Shown here: in pieces, positions 52,213 through 62,900 of the stretch
How positions within the stretch are numbered: position 1 is the first letter of the stretch
Layout of the letters: each line of letters starts with the position of its first letter
Assembly (NCBI GenBank): GCA_028279585.1
Contig: JANQNL010000039.1
Span: 4,132 to 68,131, forward strand
Direction: 5' to 3'
DNA from: Thermoplasmatota archaeon
GTDB taxonomy: Archaea; Thermoplasmatota; Penumbrarchaeia; JANQNL01
Length of the DNA stretch: 64,000 nucleotides
Notes under the pieces: model-generated
What the model was told of the DNA's origin: nothing
Databases searched by the model: none
What the model saw: only the letters and a program-made list of their open reading frames with translations
Program-made: the position numbers and the translations under genes

Positions 52213-53274
52213 ATGGAGGCCGAGGGGGTTGTAACAAGCCAGGGTGTACTAGTCAACGATGTAGCTGAAGCCAACAGGCTCCATAATCGGGGACGGTATG
52301 GCAAACCCCAATCCGGGGGCACATTACTTCTTTCAAATCTAGAAGCCTTGTACCTGCTCGAGGTCGAGAGGCTTGCTGTATTTGATGATAAGAACAACGA
52401 ACTGACCTACAAGGACATCATGACCCTGGGATTGGCCACGGATGAGCGGTTCGATGTGATCTATCTGGTCTACAGGGCACTTCGGTCCTCCGGGCTTGTT
52501 ACATTAGAAGCCTCCCCGCTGGACCTCAAGGTCCACGATCGGGGCTCGTTCGATCCCAAAGCTCCTGCTAAGTATTTCGTCGAAGCTGTTGCAGAGCGGG
52601 ATGACTTCGAGCTGGTCAAGGTCATGGACAACGTCGACCGTATCGAGGGAATAAAGCGCGAGTACGTCATGGGCCTGGTTGACGAGGAGGGCGACCTTAC
52701 CTACTACCAGGTCGCATCCATGGCTCCTGAGGCCAAACAGACATTCGAAGAGATCGAGGGGCATATGGCCGTCGGTTTCATTGGTCAGGACCGGGTCATG
52801 GTACCCCTCGAGCATGGCGGACTGGCACTTAACAAGGCAGGTTACTTCGGCAAGCTCATGGGCAATAATCTCCTCCTATCACTTGTGGAAGCATACTACC
52901 TCATGGAGGAGGGGTTCCTCAAGATAGAGAATGACGGGGAGGCCGTCAGCGGTGGACAGCTCTTCAAGCTCGCAAGGCAGATCCAGCCCGACTTCGACCT
53001 CCGCTACGCGGTCTACTGGGACCTCAAGGATAAGGGACTGGTCGTCAAGACCGGCTTCAAGTACGGTGCCCACTTCCGAGTATACCTTGCAGACCCTGTT
53101 AACACTCATTCGGATTACCTTATCCACGCTGTGGATTGGGATCACAGCTCCGGCTGGGCAGAGATGTCTAGAGGTGTGCGGCTTGCTCACGGTGTGAGAA
53201 AGGACCTGGTGCTGGCCGCGGTCAGAGGCGGTAGGGTCCTGGGGTATGTTGCCATCAAGCGGAAGAAGATCTAG
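52213..53274 (+). CDS. endA: tRNA-splicing endonuclease, duplicated-unit type (353 aa)
   Basis: Two tandem EndA units. The C-terminal unit carries 'GFKYGAHFRVY..HSDYLIH' and 'RLAHGVRKDLVLA'. GAGGTGGAG lies upstream of the ATG. Confidence 0.88.
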   Translation: MEAEGVVTSQGVLVNDVAEANRLHNRGRYGKPQSGGTLLLSNLEALYLLEVERLAVFDDKNNELTYKDIMTLGLATDERFDVIYLVYRALRSSGLVTLEASPLDLKVHDRGSFDPKAPAKYFVEAVAERDDFELVKVMDNVDRIEGIKREYVMGLVDEEGDLTYYQVASMAPEAKQTFEEIEGHMAVGFIGQDRVMVPLEHGGLALNKAGYFGKLMGNNLLLSLVEAYYLMEEGFLKIENDGEAVSGGQLFKLARQIQPDFDLRYAVYWDLKDKGLVVKTGFKYGAHFRVYLADPVNTHSDYLIHAVDWDHSSGWAEMSRGVRLAHGVRKDLVLAAVRGGRVLGYVAIKRKKI

Positions 53275-55517
53275 TATTCGTCGAGGTCCTCATCTTCGTC
53301 GTCATCTACAACCTCGACTGCCTGGACGACCTCCTCTTTTTCTTCCTTCCTACCAGAGATATTGATGAGGATGACAATGCCGATGCCAATTGCAAGGAGC
53401 ACTCCTACAAAGACCCCACCGAAAACAAGCATCTGTCTGTTGAAAGGTCCCTCGTCCTCTGGTGGGTCCGTGGTCCCATCGGTTCCTCCCCCACCGTCTG
53501 TTCCCCCTCCACCATCGGTACCGTCCGTACCTCCTCCCCCATCACCACCATCTGTGGTCGGGGTCTCAATGACCGTGATGGATGTTTCCGCGATCTCTGC
53601 ATCATCCTCACCATCGGTGCTCTCGAACCTGTACTGACGGGTTCCGGCCTCGAGCGTTGTGGAGTACTCGAACCGTTCACCGTTGGTGAAGTCACCATCG
53701 CTCTCTGTCCCTGTGCCAGATGTGACCTGGGACATGGAGTTCTGGCCGCCGTCGATATAGAGATAGACATAGAACGGAGCGTCGTTGTCTGCGTCCGTGT
53801 ATATCACACTGAAAGTGTAGGTAGTGCTGTCATTTCCAGAGGATGGGTCCACCATTCCCTGTGAAAGGACCGGGGCTGTGTTCTCTACAACGACCGTTTC
53901 GTCCTTGATCGTGAACGAGAAGGTATGATCGTCTGTGGGACTGCCCTCGGACACACCGTCTTCATCACCGTCAAGGCCCTTGCCTGTACCTGATAGAGCT
54001 GACGCCGCGATGGTCACGGTGTAGGTCGTGGAGAAGGCCATGTCCTCTGTTGGAGTGAAGGTCACAGACCTTGCTGCAGAGGTGATGTCGCCTGCTACGA
54101 CCGGGTCGATGGAGAACGATGCGTCGAGGCTTGCTGTGTTCATGTCTGCGTTGAAGTTTACGGTCACTGTTGCATCTGGTTCGATGTCGGTCGCACCGCC
54201 TGATGGGGTGTTGCCAGAGACCTTCGGGGGCAGTTCTCGCTGCTGTCCGAGACAGTAGAGCAGACCCTTGTTGGATGTGACGTAGAGCTTCCCGTCACAG
54301 AATCCAACTGTCGTGTAGATGTCATCATCATCCATGTCATAGGTCCACAGGACCTCTGCGGCTGTTGTGGATGCTGCAAGGTCAAGACAGTAAAGGTCAC
54401 CATCGAAGTTCCCTATCACCATCCTGTCACCGATGATCGTTGGAGTCCCCCATACTTCTGCTCCAGTATCGTAGGTCCAATCTGCAGTGGTCCCTTTGTC
54501 GATACCGGCCTGACCGTTGATGCAGTGGACGACACCAGACTGGTCCACGACAAAGAACTTCGAGTTGTACGGTACCGGTGTTCCCAGGATAGGATCGGTT
54601 CCAGTGTAATGCCATTCTTCAGAAAGTGGGGCAAGGTCCCCGGTGGAGTCCATGCTTATGGCGTAGGTTGAGAAGATCCCTCTTCCCATGTCCCGGTAAT
54701 CGCCATTGCCCAGGTAGGCCACGCCGTCATAGACCGAGGCTGTGGAAAAGCAAGGTGCGGTCATGGAAAAGAGCCAATACTGGGTCGTGCCTCCAGCACC
54801 GTCACCCTGGGCATCCAGACATACCACCTCGCCGGTGGTCCTTCCGGAGTATGTCCCGAGTACGATCTTGTCATTCGAAATGGTCGCAGAGGTGTAGAGC
54901 GCTGCACTACCAGGGGAGACATAGCTCCAGATCTCTGTGGTCGTTCCGTTCGTGTAACCCTCAGCATCAAGACAGTGCAGGTTCCTTCCCGAGGAGTCCG
55001 TAGTGAAGTAGACCTTTCCATCGTAGACCAGAGGTGAGCCGCATGCTCCATAGCCATTTGTTGTGGCTCCGTCGTGTGGAAGGTAGTGCTCCCAGACCTT
55101 GGTCCCGGTCGCTGCCTCGAAGCAGTAGGCGTAATAATCGGATGAACCGAAGTAGACCTTGTCGCCCTCAACGCAAGGTGAAGAACAGAGACCATAGAGG
55201 GCTGGCTGGGAGTTGATATCGGAGTTGAACTCCCATAACTTGTCTCCAGTGTCTGCGTCGAAGCAGTAGAAGTAATCGTTGCCAGAGCCTACGAACACGC
55301 GGCCGTCGGCAATGACCGGTGAGCTGTAACCCTCACCACCTATAGAGGCGTTCCAGTAGACCTCGACAGCATCAGGGATGGTCCCTGAACCTGCGTTTAT
55401 CCTGGCGTCGTTCTTCAGGAACTGCGTCCAATCATCAGCAGTGGTCACTGGGATGATCGACAGCAGTGAGACGGTCACAAAGAGAGTGGCCAAGGCCAGA
55501 GAGAAGGCTCTGTTCAT
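53271..55517 (-). CDS. PQQ-like beta-propeller surface protein with Ig-like domains, a (GGGTDG)n linker and a C-terminal TM anchor
   Basis: Signal peptide 'MNRAFSLALATLFVTVSLLSIIPVTTA'. Repeated 'G.VY.G(S/T)..G.(L/F)YC(L/F)DA.TG...W' blades. SbsA-Ig-like 'TVTVNFNADMNTASL..YTVTIAASA'. 'DGGDGGGGTDGTDGGGGTDGGGGTDG' followed by a TM helix and a KEEKEE tail. Confidence 0.75.
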   Translation of the reverse strand: MNRAFSLALATLFVTVSLLSIIPVTTADDWTQFLKNDARINAGSGTIPDAVEVYWNASIGGEGYSSPVIADGRVFVGSGNDYFYCFDADTGDKLWEFNSDINSQPALYGLCSSPCVEGDKVYFGSSDYYAYCFEAATGTKVWEHYLPHDGATTNGYGACGSPLVYDGKVYFTTDSSGRNLHCLDAEGYTNGTTTEIWSYVSPGSAALYTSATISNDKIVLGTYSGRTTGEVVCLDAQGDGAGGTTQYWLFSMTAPCFSTASVYDGVAYLGNGDYRDMGRGIFSTYAISMDSTGDLAPLSEEWHYTGTDPILGTPVPYNSKFFVVDQSGVVHCINGQAGIDKGTTADWTYDTGAEVWGTPTIIGDRMVIGNFDGDLYCLDLAASTTAAEVLWTYDMDDDDIYTTVGFCDGKLYVTSNKGLLYCLGQQRELPPKVSGNTPSGGATDIEPDATVTVNFNADMNTASLDASFSIDPVVAGDITSAARSVTFTPTEDMAFSTTYTVTIAASALSGTGKGLDGDEDGVSEGSPTDDHTFSFTIKDETVVVENTAPVLSQGMVDPSSGNDSTTYTFSVIYTDADNDAPFYVYLYIDGGQNSMSQVTSGTGTESDGDFTNGERFEYSTTLEAGTRQYRFESTDGEDDAEIAETSITVIETPTTDGGDGGGGTDGTDGGGGTDGGGGTDGTTDPPEDEGPFNRQMLVFGGVFVGVLLAIGIGIVILINISGRKEEKEEVVQAVEVVDDDEDEDLDEY

Positions 55518-55570
55518 GTTCTTAGGACAGGGGGGCACGGTAAAAAGGATTTTGGTATCTTTTAGCTAGC

Positions 55571-56965
55571 TCATTTGGTCTTTTTCTTCTTCCCAGTCCT
55601 TTTCCTACCCTTCTTTCCAGCTCTCTTCCTCGCCTTATAATCCTCCGCGTAGAGCTTCTTTGCGACCTTTGAAAGCTTCTTCGGGTCCACGGTCTCCTCG
55701 AATTCCTCAGCCGCCCTTTCATCTTTGTCGCTTTTGACCAGGTACTTGCCCCATACCGAGTCAGATTCTGCGTCCTCGTCCTCCTGCTTCCCGCGTTCGA
55801 TTATCCGAAGCTCCAATCCTTTGCGTATAAAGAACACACAGATGAGCCCGCCCCAGATCGGTAGGGACAACAAAGCGGTCAGGTAGATGGTCCGCGACTC
55901 GAAGCTGGAAGTGATGAAGTATGGGCCGTACTGGCTTAGGAACAATCCAGCAACGTATGGGAGCAACGTGAGACCAAGGGCCACGATCACCAAGATGATG
56001 AGCGTTCTCCAGTAAAGAGGCATCAGCGTCTCGGCCTGGTTCTTTGCTGGTTTCAGGCTTCTGTCCTTTTCCCTGTGGATTATCGGAAGCTCCAGGACCT
56101 CATACCATCTTCCCCAGTGGTCTGCAAGGTTGAGCATGGTGAGAAGGAACATGGACAGGACCAGCGCGAACATCACAGGGAACAGAAGGTCGCTTGGTGA
56201 AGGGTACTCCAGCTGGAACTGGGTCGAGAACACCTCGATGGAGGAGGATATTGCAACGTTAAGACACATGATGAACGCTGCCACAACGCCCATGAGCTTG
56301 TTCTTGGCTATGACCGCTATGGTCCCGCAGAAGGCCACCGGTCCGACTATGATGATAGAACCGACCACGTAGACTATGAGGATCATCTCGTTGCTTGTGT
56401 AAAGGCCCCCTATGACGTTGTACATCAGGGCAGCGATGAACACCCAGACGCCAAGGATCGCGAACACGGAGAGGATGATCTTCAGATGCCCGACCCTGCG
56501 GTCCTCCTCTGCATCCAAACGTTTCAGCGTATGGCCGATATACCTTGCAAGGAAGGTCGAAGCAGCTGTCGCTGCCACTGTGATGATCGTTACTGCGAAG
56601 TAGATGATCCGTAGGTTCTGTATCTGCAGGAACTCCTTCTTGAACACCTCTGGGTCCACAGAAGAGATATCGAAGATACTGAAGATGGCCTCTACGAGAA
56701 GGTCCTCGAGGACCTTTGCATAGATGAGCACCGATAGGAGCATGAACGTCATGACCACGACCTGCAAGGCAAGCACATGGCCACTGTCCAGAGCGATGCC
56801 GAGCGTGGGTATCTCGAAAGGCCTGGTCCTTTCCTCGGCCTCCCGCTGGATGTATCTGGGCTTATAGTCCGTGGTCCCCGGTCCAATGTAGGTGAGGGGT
56901 TCCCACTTGGTCCTTCTGGGCCTGATGTGAGGCTCGAACCTCTTGGAGCGGAACTCGGGCGTCAT
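55571..56965 (-). CDS. Polytopic membrane protein (about 8 TM) with Lys-rich C-terminal tail, unknown family
   Basis: The ATG at 56965 overlaps the DUF58 stop (ATGA at 56962-56965); the track's longer start would overlap by 82 nt. Confidence 0.55.
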   Translation of the reverse strand: MTPEFRSKRFEPHIRPRRTKWEPLTYIGPGTTDYKPRYIQREAEERTRPFEIPTLGIALDSGHVLALQVVVMTFMLLSVLIYAKVLEDLLVEAIFSIFDISSVDPEVFKKEFLQIQNLRIIYFAVTIITVAATAASTFLARYIGHTLKRLDAEEDRRVGHLKIILSVFAILGVWVFIAALMYNVIGGLYTSNEMILIVYVVGSIIIVGPVAFCGTIAVIAKNKLMGVVAAFIMCLNVAISSSIEVFSTQFQLEYPSPSDLLFPVMFALVLSMFLLTMLNLADHWGRWYEVLELPIIHREKDRSLKPAKNQAETLMPLYWRTLIILVIVALGLTLLPYVAGLFLSQYGPYFITSSFESRTIYLTALLSLPIWGGLICVFFIRKGLELRIIERGKQEDEDAESDSVWGKYLVKSDKDERAAEEFEETVDPKKLSKVAKKLYAEDYKARKRAGKKGRKRTGKKKKTK

Positions 56966-58329
56966 CTTGTTCCCCTCCTGAGCTCTTTCTCGATGAGCTT
57001 CATCTTCGTAAGTGATGTGTCTATCTGGTCCTTGGGACTCCACAGCTGTGTTAGGACGCCTGCACGCTTTAGGGACCGCTCGATGTTCATGGTCTGCAGC
57101 TGTGCAAGGCGTGCTTTAGGTGTAAGACAGCCCAGTGGCTGGCACTCGAACGGAATGGATGGGATGAGGATGGCCCTGACATCGACCTCCCTCTTCATGA
57201 GCTCCTTGATGACTATCTGGATGGATGGGTCGAACTCCATTGAGGAGATGATGTAGACAGTGGTCTTCGGGTACACGTACCTGGATGCGATGTAGACCGC
57301 GGAGTAGAGGTTCGTATCACCCTGAGGTACGGTCTTGATCAAAGCCTCCTCGATGTACTGGTGATGGGTGGTCCCGTAACCTGGGGGAATGACCCTTACC
57401 CCGTCTCCGTAGATCACTGCCGAGACCCTGTTCCGCTCCTTTAGTAAGGTCTTGCAGATGGAGTTGGCAGCCTTGGAGGCATACTTCATCGGGTTGTTCT
57501 CGATGGTCCCTGCCCCCATGTACGCCCTGGCATCCAGGAACACAATTGCATCACAGATGTTCTCGCGTTCGTAGATGTTGACCATGAGCTTCTTGGTCTT
57601 TGCATAGGCCTTCCAGTTTATGGAGTTGAACGGATCCTCCAGGGTGTACTCTCTGATGGAGAAGAACTCCGTGGACTTGCCCGGCTGGTTCGAGATGGTT
57701 GGTCCCGCATACTGCCTGAAGGACCTTGACTGCATCGGGACGTCCTTGAGGTCGCTGATGGTCGGATGGACCGTTACATCCTGGGCCGTGGACTTGTGGA
57801 CCTCGTGCCTGGAGAAGAGTAAGAGAGGATCGGACAGCAACGTCTCGATGGGGCCTATCTCGTAGTGGCCTCGCATAGGGAAGTAGACAGTGTACCTGAC
57901 CCCACCCTTCGGGACCGAGGTCGCAGACCATATCCCAAGGTTCGTTCCCTTGTCCAGGGATGAATAGGTTGGGTTCTTATCGTATGCCTCTACGATGTTC
58001 TGGCCCCTTGCACCCTTGACGGTTGCGAGGACATCGACCTGGTCATCCTCCTGGATGGTCCCCTCGTGCATCTTCCGGCTCACCACAAGGTTCGTTTTTG
58101 AGCCTCTCACAGGCCACGGGGCGAACACGATCCGGGTCAGGAGGAGTATGATGAGCAGGAAGCTTCCTGCGATGTAGAGCGCCCATGCATGAAGCCACAG
58201 ACCGGTGACGAGCATCATCAGTCCGAGAATGAAAATGATGACCGCGCTCCTTGACCAGATGCCCGTGCGCATCTTTGGTGCCCCGAGAGGGCTGACTGGA
58301 GGTGTGGTGTCCTGGACGGGTTCTTCCAT
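56962..58329 (-). CDS. DUF58-family protein (vWA-like, MoxR-associated)
   Basis: Two N-terminal TM helices, then 'GKSTEFFSIREYTLEDPFNSINWKAYAKTKKLMVNIYERE' and 'IVFLDARAYMG', the DUF58 signature. Confidence 0.8.
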   Translation of the reverse strand: MEEPVQDTTPPVSPLGAPKMRTGIWSRSAVIIFILGLMMLVTGLWLHAWALYIAGSFLLIILLLTRIVFAPWPVRGSKTNLVVSRKMHEGTIQEDDQVDVLATVKGARGQNIVEAYDKNPTYSSLDKGTNLGIWSATSVPKGGVRYTVYFPMRGHYEIGPIETLLSDPLLLFSRHEVHKSTAQDVTVHPTISDLKDVPMQSRSFRQYAGPTISNQPGKSTEFFSIREYTLEDPFNSINWKAYAKTKKLMVNIYERENICDAIVFLDARAYMGAGTIENNPMKYASKAANSICKTLLKERNRVSAVIYGDGVRVIPPGYGTTHHQYIEEALIKTVPQGDTNLYSAVYIASRYVYPKTTVYIISSMEFDPSIQIVIKELMKREVDVRAILIPSIPFECQPLGCLTPKARLAQLQTMNIERSLKRAGVLTQLWSPKDQIDTSLTKMKLIEKELRRGTR

Positions 58330-59916
58330 TTAGTCATCCCTCCAGAACATGAGCTTGTCCACGATGGACAGCTCCTTTTCCTTCTTGATCTCTAACGCCA
58401 ATGCATTACCCAGTTCAGGGATGTTGTAGACCTCCATGTCCGCAGGTCCCTTCCATTTCAACATCTTGTTGAGGATACGGACCAGCTGCTCTGGGGTGTA
58501 CTTCTCTGGTCCTTGAGGTGTTTCGTCCCCGTCCCCCCATCCTACTAAAACGAACTTCGACAGCGCCTTATTCCCGATGTAACGTTTCATCCTTGACCTG
58601 GAGACACGCTTGAACTGCTTCTCGTCCAGGCCCGAGGCTATCCGGACCGTCTCCAAAAAGGTGCTACGCATCATCGGGATGTCGGCCTCTGTGAGGTCCT
58701 TCCTGTTCATGGTCAGAAGCCACGGCCTTGTGCTGTAGCTCATGTTCTTGAACCGTACCGGGAAGGTGGGTACAAGGGCCACAAGGCCCACAAGGAGAAC
58801 TATGGAAAGGAAGACGATAGTGAGGAAGGTCCTTGCTGGAAGGGTGACGAACAGAAGGCCAGAGGAGTATGCTGTGCGAGCAGGGTCCGTCTGGATATGC
58901 TTCGACTCGTCAAAGACCACTGTGATGTCGTCTGTTTGCCGTGAAAGCATGAGTATTGAGAACAGGTCGTTGGCGAACTCCCTGTTGTCGTAACTATCAT
59001 ACAGTGCGTTCGCAAAGATGCCAGGGTCTGAAACGCAGACAACAGCTCCTGCACCAAGCTGGGCGATGGCGATTATCGGGAATGACTCTCTTGGCTCTCC
59101 TTCATCGAACTCATGATTGCGGACCTCGGTCTCCAGCCATGCCTGGTCGGAGGTCCGTGCAAGGACATTGACGTCTGCAGAACTTGTGACCGTGGCATCG
59201 GAGTCCCAGTAGAGGCCGCTGGAGGTCGAAACACCGTCCTCGGCCTTTACCTCCAATGCTGCAGGGACGTCCGTGACTATCTTGTAGGTCTTGTCACTGA
59301 CGAAGGGGAGAAGTGCATTGACAATGACGAAGTTCGGGTTCGTGGCATAGTCCACATCACAGACGTGATCGTTCCTGAAGCTTATCTCGGGGTACATACT
59401 GTCTGTAAAGATGTCCCCTCCGTTCATAGAGTCAAGGATATACTGACCATGACCGAAGTCGTCTGCAAGGACCAGGATGCCTCCGCCCTTGACGAAGTTC
59501 TGGACAGCTGTAGGTTCTGTAAGCGTCGGGCGCTTCTCGACGCCAAGCATGACAAGGATGGTCTCGTTGGCCTGGCCCACAGTGTATAGTAGGTCCGAGC
59601 TGGAACGTAGAGTGATGACCTCCGCGTCCATATCCTCCAGGTCCTCTTTGAGGATGGAGACGTCGTCCCAATCGGCATCTTCTGAGGAAAGTTGATCGTC
59701 GTTGAAGTATAGGACTAGGCCTGCAACGCAGGAAAGGAGGAACAGTGCCAGGAGGACTATCGCTGTTCCCTTGACCCAAAGGAGCACCGTCTGGCCAGTG
59801 AGCTTTTTGATATCCCGCTTCTCCTTTTTACCTGTCCGCTTGTCCTCCCACTCGCGGATCGCGTCCCGGTCTAGGACCTTGCGGGCAAGCTTCTCGTCCA
59901 CCTTGTCCTTGCTCAC
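58330..59916 (-). CDS. DUF4350-like membrane protein
   Basis: N-terminal TM helix, 'ILVLADDFGHG', 'VVCVSDPGIFANALYDSYDNREFANDLFSIL', 'VVFDESKH', and a C-terminal TM helix. GTG start overlaps the upstream TGA and is preceded by GGTGAGGAGGA. Confidence 0.65.
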   Translation of the reverse strand: MSKDKVDEKLARKVLDRDAIREWEDKRTGKKEKRDIKKLTGQTVLLWVKGTAIVLLALFLLSCVAGLVLYFNDDQLSSEDADWDDVSILKEDLEDMDAEVITLRSSSDLLYTVGQANETILVMLGVEKRPTLTEPTAVQNFVKGGGILVLADDFGHGQYILDSMNGGDIFTDSMYPEISFRNDHVCDVDYATNPNFVIVNALLPFVSDKTYKIVTDVPAALEVKAEDGVSTSSGLYWDSDATVTSSADVNVLARTSDQAWLETEVRNHEFDEGEPRESFPIIAIAQLGAGAVVCVSDPGIFANALYDSYDNREFANDLFSILMLSRQTDDITVVFDESKHIQTDPARTAYSSGLLFVTLPARTFLTIVFLSIVLLVGLVALVPTFPVRFKNMSYSTRPWLLTMNRKDLTEADIPMMRSTFLETVRIASGLDEKQFKRVSRSRMKRYIGNKALSKFVLVGWGDGDETPQGPEKYTPEQLVRILNKMLKWKGPADMEVYNIPELGNALALEIKKEKELSIVDKLMFWRDD

Positions 59917-62900
59917 TCCTCCTCACCCCCAAGTTCTGGTGGCCGCCAGATCTTTGGCATCCCCTCTTCGGTGGCTACGACAGGGTCCTCGTTCAGTATC
60001 CGCAGTGTATCCTCACCCATAGGTTCGGGCCCTTCTATGTTGACCACCTTGGTGTAAGAATAATCAACACTGTCCTCCTCGTCAACCACTGCGCCGACCA
60101 TCTTCTGGTAGCGCTTCATATCGTCGTGGAAGTCCGAGATTATCTTGTCCTGGGCATACTCTGCAGAAGCTTCCAGGAAGTACCTGTCAGATACCTCTTT
60201 GAGCCTTCTCTCCACCTCGTCCTCGGATATTTCGTGCTTCTTGGTGAAGGCACGCTCCACCTTCTTCTGGACCTGTAGGTCCTCGTCAGAGAGCTTCTCG
60301 ATGTCCTTTCGGAGACGCTCCAGGGCCTTTATGGCCTTGTCACGCATCTTGGGGTCGAGCTCGTGGTCGCTGTACCTGGCCTCTTCAAAGAGATCTGTGA
60401 GCTTTGTGATGGAGTTGGTCTTTATCGGGAGGTATGCCTGCAGCGCATCCTCGAACTCTCGGACGGTCTCGGCGTCCTCTCGTTTGTAGCCTTTCGTCTC
60501 CAGCAGGAGGCCCATGCGGCGGTACGCTTCGATGATGGCCGCCCTCACCCCCTCGGGAGACTCGGTGTCATAGAGCTTCTTGGTTGTGGTGTCGATGATG
60601 TCCAGAAGCTCTTTGAAATCGTCCCGGCGCTTGTTCCTGATGAGCGTGAATACGATAGCCGCTAGTAGGAGGACACCTGCAATTGCCAGTATACCAATGA
60701 CCGTCCTGCGGACAGATGGTACTTTTATCTTGGACAGGTTGCCGAGGAACGAGGTGTTGGTGTCCTCGGTCCTGTTCTCCTGGTCCTCGTACGTGACCTT
60801 GGGCAGCGGCACAGGGATGTGGGCGTTGTAGGTCTTGTTCTTGCTGAAGAAGAACTCGTCCGAGTCCGGGACCATGTTCCTGTTCGTGTCCACCTCGTAG
60901 GCTGAGGTTATCGGTTTGGTCTCGATGTGTCTCAGGATCTCCTCAGTGTCTGAAAGACCATCGCCGTCCGTATCCGGTGTGTTCGGCATTGAACCGAACA
61001 CTACTTCCGTACCGTCCTTGAGCCCGTCGCCGTCCGAGTCGGTCTGCAGAGGGTATGACCGCCCCCATGAAAGCTCTGCTCCGTCTTTTAGACCATCGCT
61101 GTCCGAGTCCGCATCATAGTAGTCCAGACCTAGAAGCCTTTCATGACCGTCGGGTAGACCGTCAGCGTCAACATCTGGTTCGAAGGCAGGGGACCGTATT
61201 GATGGGAACAGCGTTGCTTCGAGGCTGTTAGGGATCCCGTCACCGTCCCTGTCCGAATTATCTGGAAGCATGGTGAGGTAGTTCTGAGGAGGTGCTGTTG
61301 GTTGCTGTCCGTCCAAAACTCCGTCCCCATCGGAATCACCATTGGTCAGGACAAGGAGCCTCTCGACCTCTTCTTTATCATCAAGACCATCGCCATCGGT
61401 GTCGGGACTGAACTGGTTGCTCCCCCTGTCCCTTTCCTCGATGTCTATGAGACCGTCGTTGTCATCGTCAGCATCCTCAGAGTTCATTATCCCGTCAAGG
61501 TCATGGTCGTGTATGTCGGAGTCTGCCAGGTGGTCGTATATCGAGCCGTACTCTATCCGCCTTGCAAGTGCTGCTGCTTCACCCATGAGGTGGGCGTCTG
61601 TGGCAGGGTCGTACCTGACCATGTATGGGTCGAAACCATCGTAGGTGGGGGCTGGGAACTCCATACCCATCGGATGGATCTCTGTTGGTGAGAACTCGAA
61701 CGGGATGTATCCGAGCTGGTAGACGCCTACCTCCACCCATGCTCTAGCTTGCGAGGCTCGGACCACACGGACACCGTTCTCGATGGTACCCGGACCAAAG
61801 CCAGTGGTCAGCTTGCAATCGATGCCTGCTTCACGCAGGACCAGGATCGCAGCGATGGAATAGTCCAGGGTGCTCATGTTCGTCGATGACATGGGGTAGG
61901 GGAAATCCCTAAAGTTGGTCTTGATAAGGTGCCGCTGGATGGCCATGAGGTTGTCGAAATTGGATGCTGCTGGAGAGTAGTTCGGGATGGTGTCAAGGTA
62001 ATCTGTTATCGGCCCTTCCGTCATGCTGTAGCCTCTGGAAGAGAGACCAAAGGACTCTATGGTGGCCAGGTCCAGGTGTGCGTTGACCATGTTCAGTTCG
62101 TATTGCCTCACAGGCGTTGTCGGTCGAAGGTCATACTGCCAGTGGTGGACCATGAGGTCGTCGTCGAACGGGTATGCATATGAGTTGCTGTCCACAACAT
62201 GACCGCGTGGTTGTGTTAACCTGTGGTCAGGTGTCAGTGCTGCTGTTGGGATCAGACCTTCTGTGGGAGATGCCATGGTGATCCTGCAGGTCGTGTTGGA
62301 TTCCAGGACACCGAGGTACTCGTAGGTATCGATGTTCGGGTTGGAATCAGACCCGAACACAGGATAGTATATGGATTCCTGGAAGAAGGTCTCCTCGTGG
62401 ATGAAGACATTGTCGTTACGGTCAACGTAGGAGAGGTCGTAGAGCGCCTCTTCCCATATCTCCCCATCTTCGAAGGAGTTGGTCTTTCCTCGTATGAGAG
62501 GTTCATCGATGCGTTCGTATGAACGCATCCTCCAGTACCTGGCCTGCTCTGGTGGATATACGTAGAAGACAGGGTCATCGTTGCGAACAGCGTCAACAGC
62601 TCTAACAGTTGACTGGTACTCATCCATGAGCTGTAGGGCCCTGGTGATGAATGCCGAGGATGTCTGGTTCAAGGTCCTATATGTCGCTGCGAGCTCCGCA
62701 AGGTCTGTGATGTCTGTGAACAGGTCAAGGTATGCCTCGTTGGTTGAACGTCCCCTCTGGTCCACCCTGTCCTCGTCCAGGTACTTGTAGAGATAGTTGA
62801 GCATGTACCTTCTGACCTTGTAGTCGGAAAGGAGGACCGCGTAGTTCGGGTCGTAGCAGATCCCGGTGACAGCTCCGTTGACGTCCTCGGCCATTAGGAA

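Noticed and set aside
53271-53274. Overlapping convergent stop codons (CTAG shared by endA and the PQQ-protein gene). Also a 1-nt gap between MoxR and the kinase (1727/1729) and a 29-nt convergent overlap between the MATE gene and the 138-aa gene.
   Set aside because: The overlaps are real, but they are ordinary consequences of extreme genome compaction. I saw no evidence of a special function.
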